Of a stretch of DNA of 40,224 nt, positions 1 through 8,050 are shown one piece after another. Each line of letters begins with the position of its first letter. Within the stretch, counting starts at the first letter, position 1. The stretch is from a virus (lineage: Duplodnaviria; Caudoviricetes). The notes beneath the pieces are model-generated. The model had not been told where the DNA came from, did not search any database, and was given only the letters and a program-made list of their open reading frames with translations. Where the stretch lies: the IMG/VR virus record IMGVR_UViG_3300034341_000482, positions 1-40,224 of that record; one strand, 5' to 3'. Made by a program: the position numbers and the translations under genes.

Positions 1-1208
1 CAGTAGGCGATGGCGGACAGACTGTTTCGATAAGTGGCGTACGCCAACAGAGAACGGGATTTGATGGCGAAGCAACCGTAATTAGAACATTTGATTCTTC
101 GGGCGAAGCAACACATATGATGTACGGTGGCGGTGGTCAGCGTGGCAGAGGTGGCAGACAAGGAATTGATTCTCTCAACGGTAGTACAACGGCAACCAAT
201 AGTATGTGGGGGTTTGCACACGGAGCTGTTGCTATAGGAGGAGTAGGCGGAGAACAGAATTATACAAGTGGTGGTAGTCCGACTGTATATGCATATGCCG
301 GTAACGCTTTTACTATGGACGGAGTGACATATCCTGCAGATGGATCTAACAGAGATCGTTCGGCAGTTAGTTCTGGAGGTTCAGTCAACTTAGGTCTTGG
401 TATTGTAGGTGGAGTAAATCCAAATGCAGGCACTTCGAGTGAATATTTAGATTTTCAAGGGGTCGAGGCAGAACATGGACTTGCTTCAATAGCTCCGGCG
501 CCTAGGGTTCCGGCTGAATGGGAAAATCATGTGATCGCTCCAAATGCTTCTAATATCAATGAGTTATGTACATTCAAAGGCGGTACTGCTATAGGCGAAA
601 CTAGCGGAGGGAGTGGACCTGCAGGTGGTTCAGGTTCCCCAATCGGCGCAGGTGGTGGCGGTAGTTCGGCGCAGGAAGGATCTGCTTCATCTGGACCTGG
701 ATCAAATGGCGGTATCATCGTTACATATTATGGATTACCTAATGCTACAGTCGTTGATTATGATTTACCAGAATTGCCTAGTACTGCACCTGCTAGAGTC
801 CAGTTACCCTTTCCATCATATGAGGTTTCAGCATTCTCTGGTACTCTTAGTGGAACCTGTACATCATCAATGACTATCGCTAGTGGTGGCTCAGTGGAAT
901 TTGCAGTCAGTTCATCTGCCCAAGGTGGAGGCTCTAAGCCAGATAATTTTACGTGGCTAATTAGCGGAAATGCTATTGATTATGAAGTTAGGTTCTTACA
1001 CGTTGAGTCTATTCAAGGCGGTGAGATGGAAGAAGATGCAGGCACAGGCTGGCTGAACTTATCAACTACTAGAACTTGGCGGGTCTTTGATGATGGCAAT
1101 AGTGGAGAACCAAGTTTTACCAGTGGCACATTCTCTATTAGAGATGCCTCAACACAAACAGTACTTGCTAGTACTGAAGTTACACTGAGGGCAATACAGA
1201 GCCCATAA
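1..1208 (+). CDS. Gly-rich virion structural/tail-fibre-like protein, 5' end outside the window
   Basis: The frame is open from base 3 to the TAA at 1206-1208, so the ATG at 117 is probably internal. GGxGG-rich segments followed by a beta-rich C-terminal domain are typical of phage fibre or decoration proteins. Confidence 0.6.
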   Translation, partial: VGDGGQTVSISGVRQQRTGFDGEATVIRTFDSSGEATHMMYGGGGQRGRGGRQGIDSLNGSTTATNSMWGFAHGAVAIGGVGGEQNYTSGGSPTVYAYAGNAFTMDGVTYPADGSNRDRSAVSSGGSVNLGLGIVGGVNPNAGTSSEYLDFQGVEAEHGLASIAPAPRVPAEWENHVIAPNASNINELCTFKGGTAIGETSGGSGPAGGSGSPIGAGGGGSSAQEGSASSGPGSNGGIIVTYYGLPNATVVDYDLPELPSTAPARVQLPFPSYEVSAFSGTLSGTCTSSMTIASGGSVEFAVSSSAQGGGSKPDNFTWLISGNAIDYEVRFLHVESIQGGEMEEDAGTGWLNLSTTRTWRVFDDGNSGEPSFTSGTFSIRDASTQTVLASTEVTLRAIQSP

Positions 1209-1228
1209 ACACAACAAGGAGATATTGT

Positions 1229-1447
1229 ATGGAAGACTTACAAGAAACCAATTCACCCCTAATCATTAGAGCAAGTAGAGGTGAAAGACTCCGAAAATCA
1301 ATAGCCGCCCGACTGAGACGGCGCAACGTAAAGCTAACTAAAACTGTAAAATCTTTCAAACGAGAGAAAGAAGCTAAAGAACGAGTACGTGCAAAGCGCA
1401 GACTTCTAAGGCAAAAAAGATTTCGAAATAGTCAAAAAAGTGCTTGA
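1229..1447 (+). CDS. Small very basic (R/K-rich) hypothetical protein
   Basis: 72-aa ORF with an AAGGAG RBS upstream. Confidence 0.7.
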   Translation: MEDLQETNSPLIIRASRGERLRKSIAARLRRRNVKLTKTVKSFKREKEAKERVRAKRRLLRQKRFRNSQKSA

Positions 1448-1472
1448 CAACCTAACTACATTATAGTATAGT
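1444..1472 (+). promoter_or_regulatory. sigma70-like promoter for the tRNA region
   Basis: TTGACA 1444-1449, 17-bp spacer, TATAGT 1467-1472; tRNA starts at 1487. Confidence 0.8.
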
Positions 1473-1486
1473 TACTACATTGACAT

Positions 1487-1562
1487 GCGCCTGTAACTCA
1501 GCGGATAGAGTGTCGGTCTACGAAACCGAAAGTCAGATGTTCAAATCATCTCAGGCGCACCA
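1487..1562 (+). tRNA. tRNA-Arg(ACG)
   Basis: Acceptor GCGCCTG/CAGGCGC, D arm ACTC/GAGT, anticodon stem TCGGT/ACCGA with loop CT-ACG-AA, T arm AGATG-TTCAAAT-CATCT, encoded CCA; 76 nt. Confidence 0.95.
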
Positions 1563-1582
1563 ACAGTGGTAAAGGAGAAGAA

Positions 1583-1786
1583 ATGGAAGACATGATTAGA
1601 GAAGCGGCATTACAACATGCTAAGGGTGAGTTAGAGAAAGCAAGGGTAAATGTGCATATCTATCTTTCTAATCCAGTTGGTATTGGTGAACACAGTGATG
1701 TGATTGAAGCCATTCAAGTTGAACTTGACAAAATGGCAACTGCTAGTGATCGCATTGAAATGCTAAATAAGCACTTTCCGGTATAA
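1583..1786 (+). CDS. Small phage hypothetical protein
   Basis: 67-aa ORF with an AAGGAG RBS; the NPVGIGEH motif resembles small proteins of marine T4-like phages. Confidence 0.75.
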   Translation: MEDMIREAALQHAKGELEKARVNVHIYLSNPVGIGEHSDVIEAIQVELDKMATASDRIEMLNKHFPV

Positions 1787-1792
1787 TATTTT

Positions 1793-2050
1793 ATGAGAAA
1801 GAAGCCTGACGATTTTTGGTATGGAGAACACTTTGCATGGTATGTAAAATGGGCAGCCACAGTTGCTATTTTAGTATCAGTTACTTTTCGTCAAGCTGGT
1901 GTAGACTGGCGGTTACTTGATCTAGGTTTTGGTGCTGTCGGCACCGCACTATGGTTATGGGTATCGATCATATGGAAAGATCGATCTCTTATAGTATTGA
2001 ATAGTGTTATGTTGATTATGTTAGCCTCAGCATTATTACGAGAAGTGTAA
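1793..2050 (+). CDS. Small membrane protein (about 3 TM helices)
   Basis: Three hydrophobic stretches in 85 aa. Confidence 0.75.
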   Translation: MRKKPDDFWYGEHFAWYVKWAATVAILVSVTFRQAGVDWRLLDLGFGAVGTALWLWVSIIWKDRSLIVLNSVMLIMLASALLREV

Positions 2051-2053
2051 TGA

Positions 2054-2138
2054 GCGAGTGTGGTGGAATTGGTAGACACGCTAGATTTAGGTTCTAGTGT
2101 CGCAAGACGTGGAGGTTCAAGTCCTCTCACTCGTACCA
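2054..2138 (+). tRNA. tRNA-Leu(UAG), long variable arm
   Basis: Acceptor GCGAGTG/CACTCGT, D loop GAATTGGTAGA, anticodon stem CTAGA/TCTAG with loop TT-TAG-GT, variable arm GTC-GCAA-GAC, T loop TTCAAGT, encoded CCA. Confidence 0.95.
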
Positions 2139-2140
2139 AA

Positions 2141-2265
2141 TACTCTGAGCGTAGTCTGTCACGTGTCAGAGGGATTAGGGTAAGACAGACTAGACTTATA
2201 TTGGGCGTCGGTATAAGTCGAATTGAATCTTTACTGAACATCAGGTAAGAGATAGGGCGCCCCGA
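2141..2265 (+). ncRNA. Candidate structured RNA with two consecutive pseudoknots
   Basis: CTCTGA 2143-2148 pairs with TCAGAG 2166-2171 and interleaves with TAGTCTGTC 2152-2160/GACAGACTA 2184-2192. GACTTATA 2193-2200 pairs with TATAAGTC 2212-2219, and its loop GGGCGTC 2203-2209 pairs with GGCGCCC 2256-2262 across a hairpin at 2227-2253. Confidence 0.55.
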
Positions 2266-2283
2266 ATTATGAAAGGATAATTT

Positions 2284-2508
2284 ATGTTTACTGCACTAGT
2301 ACTAATATGTCTGAACGGAGATATTGATGATAAGTGTCTCGTATCAAAGCATCCAGTTATTTTTGAGACAAAAGAGTCTTGTATTGAAATGATAGCTATG
2401 GGTATAAGGGGTAAAGTATTTCATGGTAAAGATCCAACAACTAATCAAGAATGGTCACCCATTGAGTGGAAGTGTGTAGACTGGATTGAAGATAAAATAG
2501 AAGTGTAG
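2284..2508 (+). CDS. Small Cys-containing hypothetical protein with hydrophobic N-terminus
   Basis: 74-aa ORF with an AAAGGA RBS; begins MFTALVLIC. Confidence 0.7.
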   Translation: MFTALVLICLNGDIDDKCLVSKHPVIFETKESCIEMIAMGIRGKVFHGKDPTTNQEWSPIEWKCVDWIEDKIEV

Positions 2509-2533
2509 GAAAAGGGGCTTTCGCCCCTTTTCT
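2508..2533. terminator. Bidirectional intrinsic terminator between convergent genes
   Basis: AAAAGGGGC-TTTC-GCCCCTTTT hairpin with A and T tails on both sides. Confidence 0.85.
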
Positions 2534-2856
2534 TATTTCTTAGTCCAAGCTTGTGCGCCAAAGAATGCGGCGACAATACCGGCAACAGCGATAAAGTATA
2601 CCCCTGCCATATCTCCTAGAATGTCACCAGCTTTCTCTAGACCAATTACGCTAGAGCCTACTACTAACACTGGATAAGCCAGCATACCATATAGTGAGAA
2701 CCATGCCATCTTACGTTGGGCATCTCTCATTGCATCCTGATCTTCAAGTTCTTTTCTCTTGAACTCAAGATACATTGCTTCTTCTGCTTTAGACACTTTC
2801 CCGTCTCCGTTTGTATCTGCGGGATGATGTCCACTTGTTTTCAATTCTTCTTCCAT
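2533..2856 (-). CDS. Two-TM membrane protein with an N-terminal EF-hand-like loop (holin-like topology)
   Basis: Likely start is MEEELK (ATG at 2856, AAGGA upstream). Contains DTNGDGKVSKAE (DxDxDG-type loop) and two C-terminal hydrophobic helices. Confidence 0.7.
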   Translation of the reverse strand: MEEELKTSGHHPADTNGDGKVSKAEEAMYLEFKRKELEDQDAMRDAQRKMAWFSLYGMLAYPVLVVGSSVIGLEKAGDILGDMAGVYFIAVAGIVAAFFGAQAWTKK

Positions 2857-2857
2857 C

Positions 2858-3019
2858 TTATTTTTCCTTTTTGATGATAGTCCAGGCGCCATATCCAATA
2901 GCACACCAAGCGGCGATATTTGCCAGCGGACTTGCAAGTAGAATGATACCACCCACAACAACCAAAGCAACTCCGTCAAGCGTTGTACGCTCAAGTAATC
3001 TACCTTTTAGCCAGTTCAT
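2858..3019 (-). CDS. 53-aa membrane protein not in the ORF track
   Basis: Translates as MNWLKGRLLERTTLDGVALVVVGGIILLASPLANIAAWCAIGYGAWTIIKKEK*, has AAGGAG upstream, and fills the gap between its neighbours. Confidence 0.75.
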   Translation of the reverse strand: MNWLKGRLLERTTLDGVALVVVGGIILLASPLANIAAWCAIGYGAWTIIKKEK

Positions 3020-3365
3020 TTTCCAACTCCTTTATTCTAGTTTCTAAATCATCGAAGCCCGCAAATTCACAGAGGTCTTTTGATGGATGTGCCATCTCCT
3101 CTAATTCTTCAATACGGTCTTCTAAGTCATCAATTTTTTTGGTGACATACGGGTACTTTTTTCTCCATGCATCCGTTGGTTGATCAAACCATGTCCACCC
3201 ATAACGATCTCTCACAAAATCTAATACACTATCAAACTTGGCATAGCACCATAGTCCTGCTCTAGTGTCTTTGAAGTATGCGAGAAAAGCGGCACCAAAT
3301 ACAGATCCTAAGATCGCTGTATAGATCCAAAGGGTGTCGCCTAATAGCCTATCAATCAGTTCCAT
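3000..3365 (-). CDS. Single-TM protein with C-terminal coiled coil
   Basis: N-terminal hydrophobic helix; heptad-like segments IDDLEDRIEELE and LETRIKELENEL. Confidence 0.75.
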   Translation of the reverse strand: MELIDRLLGDTLWIYTAILGSVFGAAFLAYFKDTRAGLWCYAKFDSVLDFVRDRYGWTWFDQPTDAWRKKYPYVTKKIDDLEDRIEELEEMAHPSKDLCEFAGFDDLETRIKELENELAKR

Positions 3366-4089
3366 CGTTACACTCCGTATACTTTACGTAGTGGTTCATA
3401 CCATGGTCATATGCTCCATCAAATGGAACGCCTTTCTGCCATGCACGAATTCTACCACGCCACTGATCCTTCACTCTCTGCCACCACGACATGTTTCTAA
3501 TGTTGCCGTAGTAGTTGATGTATCTAGATGGACAGTGATGTATATATCCCATAACAGCAAATGGTACAGAAGGTACAACATCGTTGTTATTTACGTGTCT
3601 GAAGTGTGGAGTCTGAAAACTTTTAGTAAACTTTCTAGTTCCTACTCTGGGTGAGCCGTAAGTGTACAATGCATCTACTATGCTATCTAATCTACTAGTA
3701 GCGATAGTTGCCATTGCACCACCAAGAGAGTGTCCGCAAATGAATACTTTCTTGCCTTCTGCGTTTGACAGAAGTTCGTTGATGCTATCCCAGATTTTAT
3801 CTACTTCAGTTTGAAATCCATTATGTACCCAACCAGAGCCGTTGTTGGCTCTATCTGGCATTGCGTTTAGGTCTGCCTTGATATCAGAAAACTCTGACGG
3901 TTCAGTTCCTCTAAATGCTATGATGAACTCTTCTTTGTTCCACATGACGTGACACTGAGCGCCATCGTTCTCTATGAATTTGTAGTTCTTATAGCCTAGG
4001 GGAGTGTATAGTTTCTTTGCTTCCTTGCCGTCAAGATAAGCATATTGTGCCATCAAAGCCATTCGATGACAGTGTGATTCGTAGTTCAT
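3352..4089 (-). CDS. Lipase class 3 (alpha/beta hydrolase)
   Basis: IAFRGT, VHNGF, GHSLGGA nucleophile elbow, TYGSPRVG, DVVP, Y.H and a C-terminal DH motif. Confidence 0.92.
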   Translation of the reverse strand: MNYESHCHRMALMAQYAYLDGKEAKKLYTPLGYKNYKFIENDGAQCHVMWNKEEFIIAFRGTEPSEFSDIKADLNAMPDRANNGSGWVHNGFQTEVDKIWDSINELLSNAEGKKVFICGHSLGGAMATIATSRLDSIVDALYTYGSPRVGTRKFTKSFQTPHFRHVNNNDVVPSVPFAVMGYIHHCPSRYINYYGNIRNMSWWQRVKDQWRGRIRAWQKGVPFDGAYDHGMNHYVKYTECNDGTD

Positions 4090-4118
4090 ATATTACTCCA
4101 TAATTGGAATCTATTAGA

Positions 4119-4126
4119 TATTTATG
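4119..4126 (-). promoter_or_regulatory. T4-type late promoter variant (CATAAATA) for the lipase operon
   Basis: One mismatch from TATAAATA, 30 nt upstream of the lipase ATG. Confidence 0.5.
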
Positions 4127-4137
4127 AAATAAGTGTC

Positions 4138-4166
4138 TTGACAAACAAGGTTTTATTGTGTAGAAT
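4138..4166 (+). promoter_or_regulatory. sigma70-like promoter
   Basis: TTGACA-N17-TAGAAT. Confidence 0.75.
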
Positions 4167-4187
4167 AGCATAATAAAGGAGAACGGT

Positions 4188-4508
4188 ATGACCACTTGTT
4201 GCCCTAATACTAAGGTAGCACGTACAGAAGGCATAACATATGCCGGTGACTTTTGTTTCAGATATGTCTTGACATTCTGTACAAAATGTGGTATGATATA
4301 TCCAGTAACCTCAAATTTTAGAGATGGCAAAATTATGAACGAGACAAGTCTAAGAGAATTGTTTCTTGAGTACATTGAGAAGCAACGCAAATTCGAATTG
4401 AAAAAGTTTCACTTTGGTTCTGATGATCCAGAAGTAGTAGACGCACAGCAAGAAGCCAATTCGTATCGGCGTACTATTCTAGACCGTCTAGAGGAGATTG
4501 AGACATGA
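4188..4508 (+). CDS. Hypothetical protein; possible second in-frame start at 4335
   Basis: AAGGAG RBS before 4188; an internal promoter at 4269-4297 precedes ATG 4335. Confidence 0.6.
   Translation: MTTCCPNTKVARTEGITYAGDFCFRYVLTFCTKCGMIYPVTSNFRDGKIMNETSLRELFLEYIEKQRKFELKKFHFGSDDPEVVDAQQEANSYRRTILDRLEEIET
4269..4297 (+). promoter_or_regulatory. sigma70-like promoter internal to an ORF
   Basis: TTGACA-N17-TATGAT. Confidence 0.7.
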
Positions 4509-4927
4509 GTATGCATATGATTCAAGGCGTCAGAGCGCCAGTCAAGAAACGCAAGGCTGTAAAGATCAATATGGCTAAAGCAGAGATTGACTGGCGCAGA
4601 TATAACAAAGACATGAGGCGCAAACACATGCACTCTTGTCAGTTCGAAACCCTTGATGATTACGTTGCATATATATCTGGTAAGCTAAAACCCAAAAAGA
4701 AGGAATTTGTGCCATATGAACCGCCGACAACAGTTTATGAACAGAATTATCCATCAGTCACGAAGACGGGCACAGTTCATGGAATTCCATCAGGAGGAAC
4801 AAAAAAAGAGTCACCCGTCTACACAGGAGACTACATCGTCGGTATCGCCACAATGCATAAGTCCAATCTCGTTCCGGTCACAAGAGATCAAGACCCAGTA
4901 GAGTATGCCACTATGAGGAGAAACTAA
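4505..4927 (+). CDS. Conserved T4-like phage hypothetical protein
   Basis: C-terminal YTG..I.GIATMHKSN.VPV motif that I recognise from large myoviruses. Confidence 0.8.
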   Translation: MSMHMIQGVRAPVKKRKAVKINMAKAEIDWRRYNKDMRRKHMHSCQFETLDDYVAYISGKLKPKKKEFVPYEPPTTVYEQNYPSVTKTGTVHGIPSGGTKKESPVYTGDYIVGIATMHKSNLVPVTRDQDPVEYATMRRN

Positions 4928-5161
4928 GTGTCATTTAGTTTGAAAATTAGTTACGAGCAAGCAGATGAAATTGCTATCGCATCTATGATAGAACACCTTC
5001 AATATCTGAAAGAAGACCTAGAACTTATTGAGTCTAAAGTCAGTCAACCGAGAGACTTACAGGATTATCTTGAGATATATGATACAGCTAAGTCTATGCA
5101 AAACGTGCTTGCGTATTATGGTAAGCACATCACTTTAGAGGAACCAAAAATTGAAACGTAA
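4928..5161 (+). CDS. Hypothetical protein
   Basis: 77-aa ORF with GAGGAG RBS, tightly packed. Confidence 0.7.
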   Translation: MSFSLKISYEQADEIAIASMIEHLQYLKEDLELIESKVSQPRDLQDYLEIYDTAKSMQNVLAYYGKHITLEEPKIET

Positions 5162-5549
5162 ACCAGAGTATGTTGTTGTAACCTGCGTAGAGCAGTTTCG
5201 TAATCGATACGTTATTCCTGTGGAAGAGTTACAAAAAATGAATCCAGATGTGCCTGTAGATCCTTCTTGGGCATTAGATTCAGTAACCTGTCAAGAAGTG
5301 AAAGAGTTCAGTCAACGTCATGTTGGCGAACAAATAATTGATGCTCAAGTTTTACGTGAGCCCGAGGTGTTACAGTTCTTTGATGCTGATAACGACTATT
5401 TACAATCGTGGGACGAGGAGTTCAAACTAGCATGGATAAATCACTGGAAAGCGAAACCTTCCGAAGAGGAAGAGGCGAAGTTCGAAGAGATACGCCAGAA
5501 ACATACGAGCGCCAAGAGCGATACCACGAATACGTCCTCAGAAGACTGA
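5151..5549 (+). CDS. Hypothetical protein
   Basis: 132-aa ORF with GAGG RBS and TTG start. Confidence 0.7.
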   Translation: MKRKPEYVVVTCVEQFRNRYVIPVEELQKMNPDVPVDPSWALDSVTCQEVKEFSQRHVGEQIIDAQVLREPEVLQFFDADNDYLQSWDEEFKLAWINHWKAKPSEEEEAKFEEIRQKHTSAKSDTTNTSSED

Positions 5550-5567
5550 GGGAGGAGAGAGTAGAAA

Positions 5568-5861
5568 ATGAACGATTATTTGATGAGGGTGTTCACCGCA
5601 CTGTCGATCTTGTTCAACGTGATACTAGGGGGAAGTAGTAACCAAACGTTTTCTGCCAGAAACTATGAGCGAAAGCGAAGCGGTCAGTTACATTTAGTAG
5701 AGTTCATCGACATGATCTTCTACACTGATCCTGAACATTGTTTGGGGTCTTGGGTAAACTGGCAAGTTCGAAAGACTGCCATAGAAACATTTCAAAGAGA
5801 AAAGCGGGAGAAAGAAAATGGGAACAGAACCCTTGAAGAGCGATCAAGGCATTATATCTAA
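5568..5861 (+). CDS. Hypothetical protein
   Basis: 97-aa ORF with GGAG RBS and a hydrophobic N-terminal helix. Confidence 0.65.
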   Translation: MNDYLMRVFTALSILFNVILGGSSNQTFSARNYERKRSGQLHLVEFIDMIFYTDPEHCLGSWVNWQVRKTAIETFQREKREKENGNRTLEERSRHYI

Positions 5862-5965
5862 GCTGAGAACTATGGCTCATTGGACCACTAAAGAGCCTTG
5901 GACATCAATGGCAGATCGTTTTGAAGAATTAGTTGAAATTGAAAAGAAGCATAGGAAAAAAAGCG

Positions 5966-6220
5966 ATGGTGAAAATTTGGGGATCTAACAATTGTTTGCA
6001 ATGCATAGAAAGCAAAAATCTATGTGAGCAATATAAGTTAGACTATGAGTTCATCGATATCGAGTCTAGTATGGATGCTAAGATGGACTTCTTTATGAAG
6101 TTTCCTGGTATCAATGTTATGCCTCAAATCGAATGGAATGGCAGACACATAAAATCTTATAATGATTTTTGTTCTGAGATTGAAAACACAATAAATGGAT
6201 ATGGAGAAGAAAGAATATGA
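5966..6220 (+). CDS. Glutaredoxin-like protein
   Basis: CLQC motif after the first beta strand, then MPQI..NG (cis-Pro motif); likely start is ATG 5966. Confidence 0.85.
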   Translation: MVKIWGSNNCLQCIESKNLCEQYKLDYEFIDIESSMDAKMDFFMKFPGINVMPQIEWNGRHIKSYNDFCSEIENTINGYGEERI

Positions 6221-6495
6221 CACGTGAAGATATAATCGCAAAATTGAAAGAAGGCTTTGTTAGCATTGAGTTCGACAAAGTAGACGGCACTCGCAGAGTA
6301 ATGCTTGCCACTTTACAAGAGGAATCACTGCCACCAGTGCGTCCCGAAAGTGACAATGCAGATGCAGTCAAAACTCGTCCAACACCTACGACATCACTTG
6401 CTGTCTTTGATATGGATGCGGCTGACTGGAGATCGTTTCGTTGGGACAGACTACGTTATGTTGACGGAGTAGACTTGCCCAATGGCGTTCAATAA
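6217..6495 (+). CDS. SH3/WYL-like fold phage protein (DUF2693-type)
   Basis: F.KVDGT.R.M.ATL ... VFD.D...WRSFR motif. Confidence 0.7.
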   Translation: MTREDIIAKLKEGFVSIEFDKVDGTRRVMLATLQEESLPPVRPESDNADAVKTRPTPTTSLAVFDMDAADWRSFRWDRLRYVDGVDLPNGVQ

Positions 6496-7432
6496 AACTA
6501 CTGGAGTAAACGAAAATGGCAAGGGCGGCACAGAACTTATGGCTGCCCGCATTTTCAAAGATGTAAATCAATCACTCCTAGACCAGTTTCAGATCATACA
6601 CTCACGTTTTGCAGACGTAGAGTTAGATCCCACTAAAAAGAAAATACTTGTTGTACACGATCTGCCACAAGACAGTATGTACGACAAGCTAGCCAATGGT
6701 GGGTGGGAACAGTTTGATAAGATTGTATTCGTAAGCTACTGGCAACAACAGATGTTCAATGCCTATCGTGGAGTACCATACTCTGCCGGTACAGTCATTC
6801 GTAATGCTATAGAACCCATCGAGGCGCATGAGAAGCCTACAGATAAGATACGTCTAATCTACTTCTCTACGCCACATCGTGGTCTAGACATTCTCTATGC
6901 GGCATATAGAGAGTTATCAAAAGAGTTTGAGAATGAGATAGAACTAAACGTCTACTCATCTTTTGGACTCTATGGCTGGGAAGCTAATGATAAACCCTAT
7001 GCCAATCTGTTCAAGCAGTTACGTGATCACAGACACATCAACTACCACAAGTCAGTATCTAATGATAAGATACGTGAAGCATTGAAGCGAAATCATATAC
7101 TGGCTTATCCTTCTACATGGCAAGAGACATCTTGTCTCACACTAATCGAAGCGATGAGCGCAGGACTGTATTGTTTACACTCATCACTTGGGGCATTACC
7201 AGAGACTTCGTTTGGTATGACTGCTATGTATGACTACAACGAAGATCCACAGCAACATGCTAATCAATTCTACAGCGAACTTAGAACTTCCATCTTGCTA
7301 TATAAAAATAAGAACCAGAGAAAAGCTATCACAAAACGGTTAGCCAATGATAAGGTCATATGTGACTTTCATCACAATTGGTCGACCAGAAAGCTAGAAT
7401 GGAACAATTTATTGAAAAGATTATTGAATTAG
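6482..7432 (+). CDS. GT-B glycosyltransferase (GT4-like)
   Basis: GGTE near the N-terminus, STPHRGL, and YPSTWQETSCLTLIEAMSAG (E-x7-E motif). Confidence 0.88.
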   Translation: MAFNKTTGVNENGKGGTELMAARIFKDVNQSLLDQFQIIHSRFADVELDPTKKKILVVHDLPQDSMYDKLANGGWEQFDKIVFVSYWQQQMFNAYRGVPYSAGTVIRNAIEPIEAHEKPTDKIRLIYFSTPHRGLDILYAAYRELSKEFENEIELNVYSSFGLYGWEANDKPYANLFKQLRDHRHINYHKSVSNDKIREALKRNHILAYPSTWQETSCLTLIEAMSAGLYCLHSSLGALPETSFGMTAMYDYNEDPQQHANQFYSELRTSILLYKNKNQRKAITKRLANDKVICDFHHNWSTRKLEWNNLLKRLLN

Positions 7433-7435
7433 GGG

Positions 7436-7464
7436 TTGACAATGGTTTTGAACCATGCTATAGT
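7436..7464 (+). promoter_or_regulatory. sigma70-like promoter
   Basis: TTGACA-N17-TATAGT with extended TG. Confidence 0.8.
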
Positions 7465-7492
7465 GACTTGTAATTCAAAATAGGAGGAGCAT

Positions 7493-8050
7493 ATGGCTTC
7501 ACAAAAACAAAAAATCCGTGAGCAGATCGCTAAAGATCGTGGACCTTTACCAAAGCCCAAGCGAAAGCGTAAGCCCATGAGTGAAGAACAGAAAGCGGCT
7601 GCCGTTGAAAGACTGGCTGCGGCACGTGCTAAACGTGCGGCTAAATCAGGCCCACCTAAGAATATCCATCCAGATGTTCTTGCGTTGCCTGATGATGATA
7701 CGTTATCTGTAAAGAATGTCCGTGGCTGGATAAAAACGCAAAAAGACTTGTTGTCGGCTGCCCGTCAAGAAGTACGTGCTAACGTGAAGGGTGCTGTAGC
7801 AAAAGCATTGCGACACGAAGGGTACATTCGTAATCTTGAACGTTACATTCGTGACGGTGTTTACTTAGACATGTTCTACGGTGAGCATCAACAGAACCGA
7901 ATCAAGAAAGTGTGTCATGTTATGGCATACCATCCTGACGGTACACCCAAGCGTTCATACGGAGTGTGGTATCCTGACCTTGGTGCGACTTACATCGGCC
8001 CAGGAAAGATAGAGCGTGACGGCGTGATCGAAGAAGTTGATTATGTCTGA
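7493..8050 (+). CDS. Basic hypothetical protein
   Basis: AGGAGG RBS; K/R-rich N-terminus with MSEEQK.AA.ERL motif. Confidence 0.8.
   Translation: MASQKQKIREQIAKDRGPLPKPKRKRKPMSEEQKAAAVERLAAARAKRAAKSGPPKNIHPDVLALPDDDTLSVKNVRGWIKTQKDLLSAARQEVRANVKGAVAKALRHEGYIRNLERYIRDGVYLDMFYGEHQQNRIKKVCHVMAYHPDGTPKRSYGVWYPDLGATYIGPGKIERDGVIEEVDYV

Noticed and set aside
2054-2138. TAG-anticodon tRNA as an amber suppressor / genome recoding
   Set aside because: Anticodon UAG reads CUA (Leu); a suppressor would need CUA. Genes are intact in the standard code and end in TAA, TAG and TGA.
2141-2192. HDV-like (theta) ribozyme after the tRNA
   Set aside because: The position fits, but only 5 nt lie between the second helix strand and the P1 3' strand, too few for the nested P3/L3. 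I kept it as an unknown structured RNA.
1891-2248. ORFs 2060-2248 (+) and 1891-2241 (-)
   Set aside because: They overlap tRNA-Leu and the structured RNA, and are translations of RNA genes.
2857-2994. N-terminal extension of ORF 2533-2994
   Set aside because: The region is better explained by a separate 53-aa membrane ORF in another frame (2858-3019) and an ATG at 2856 with its own RBS.
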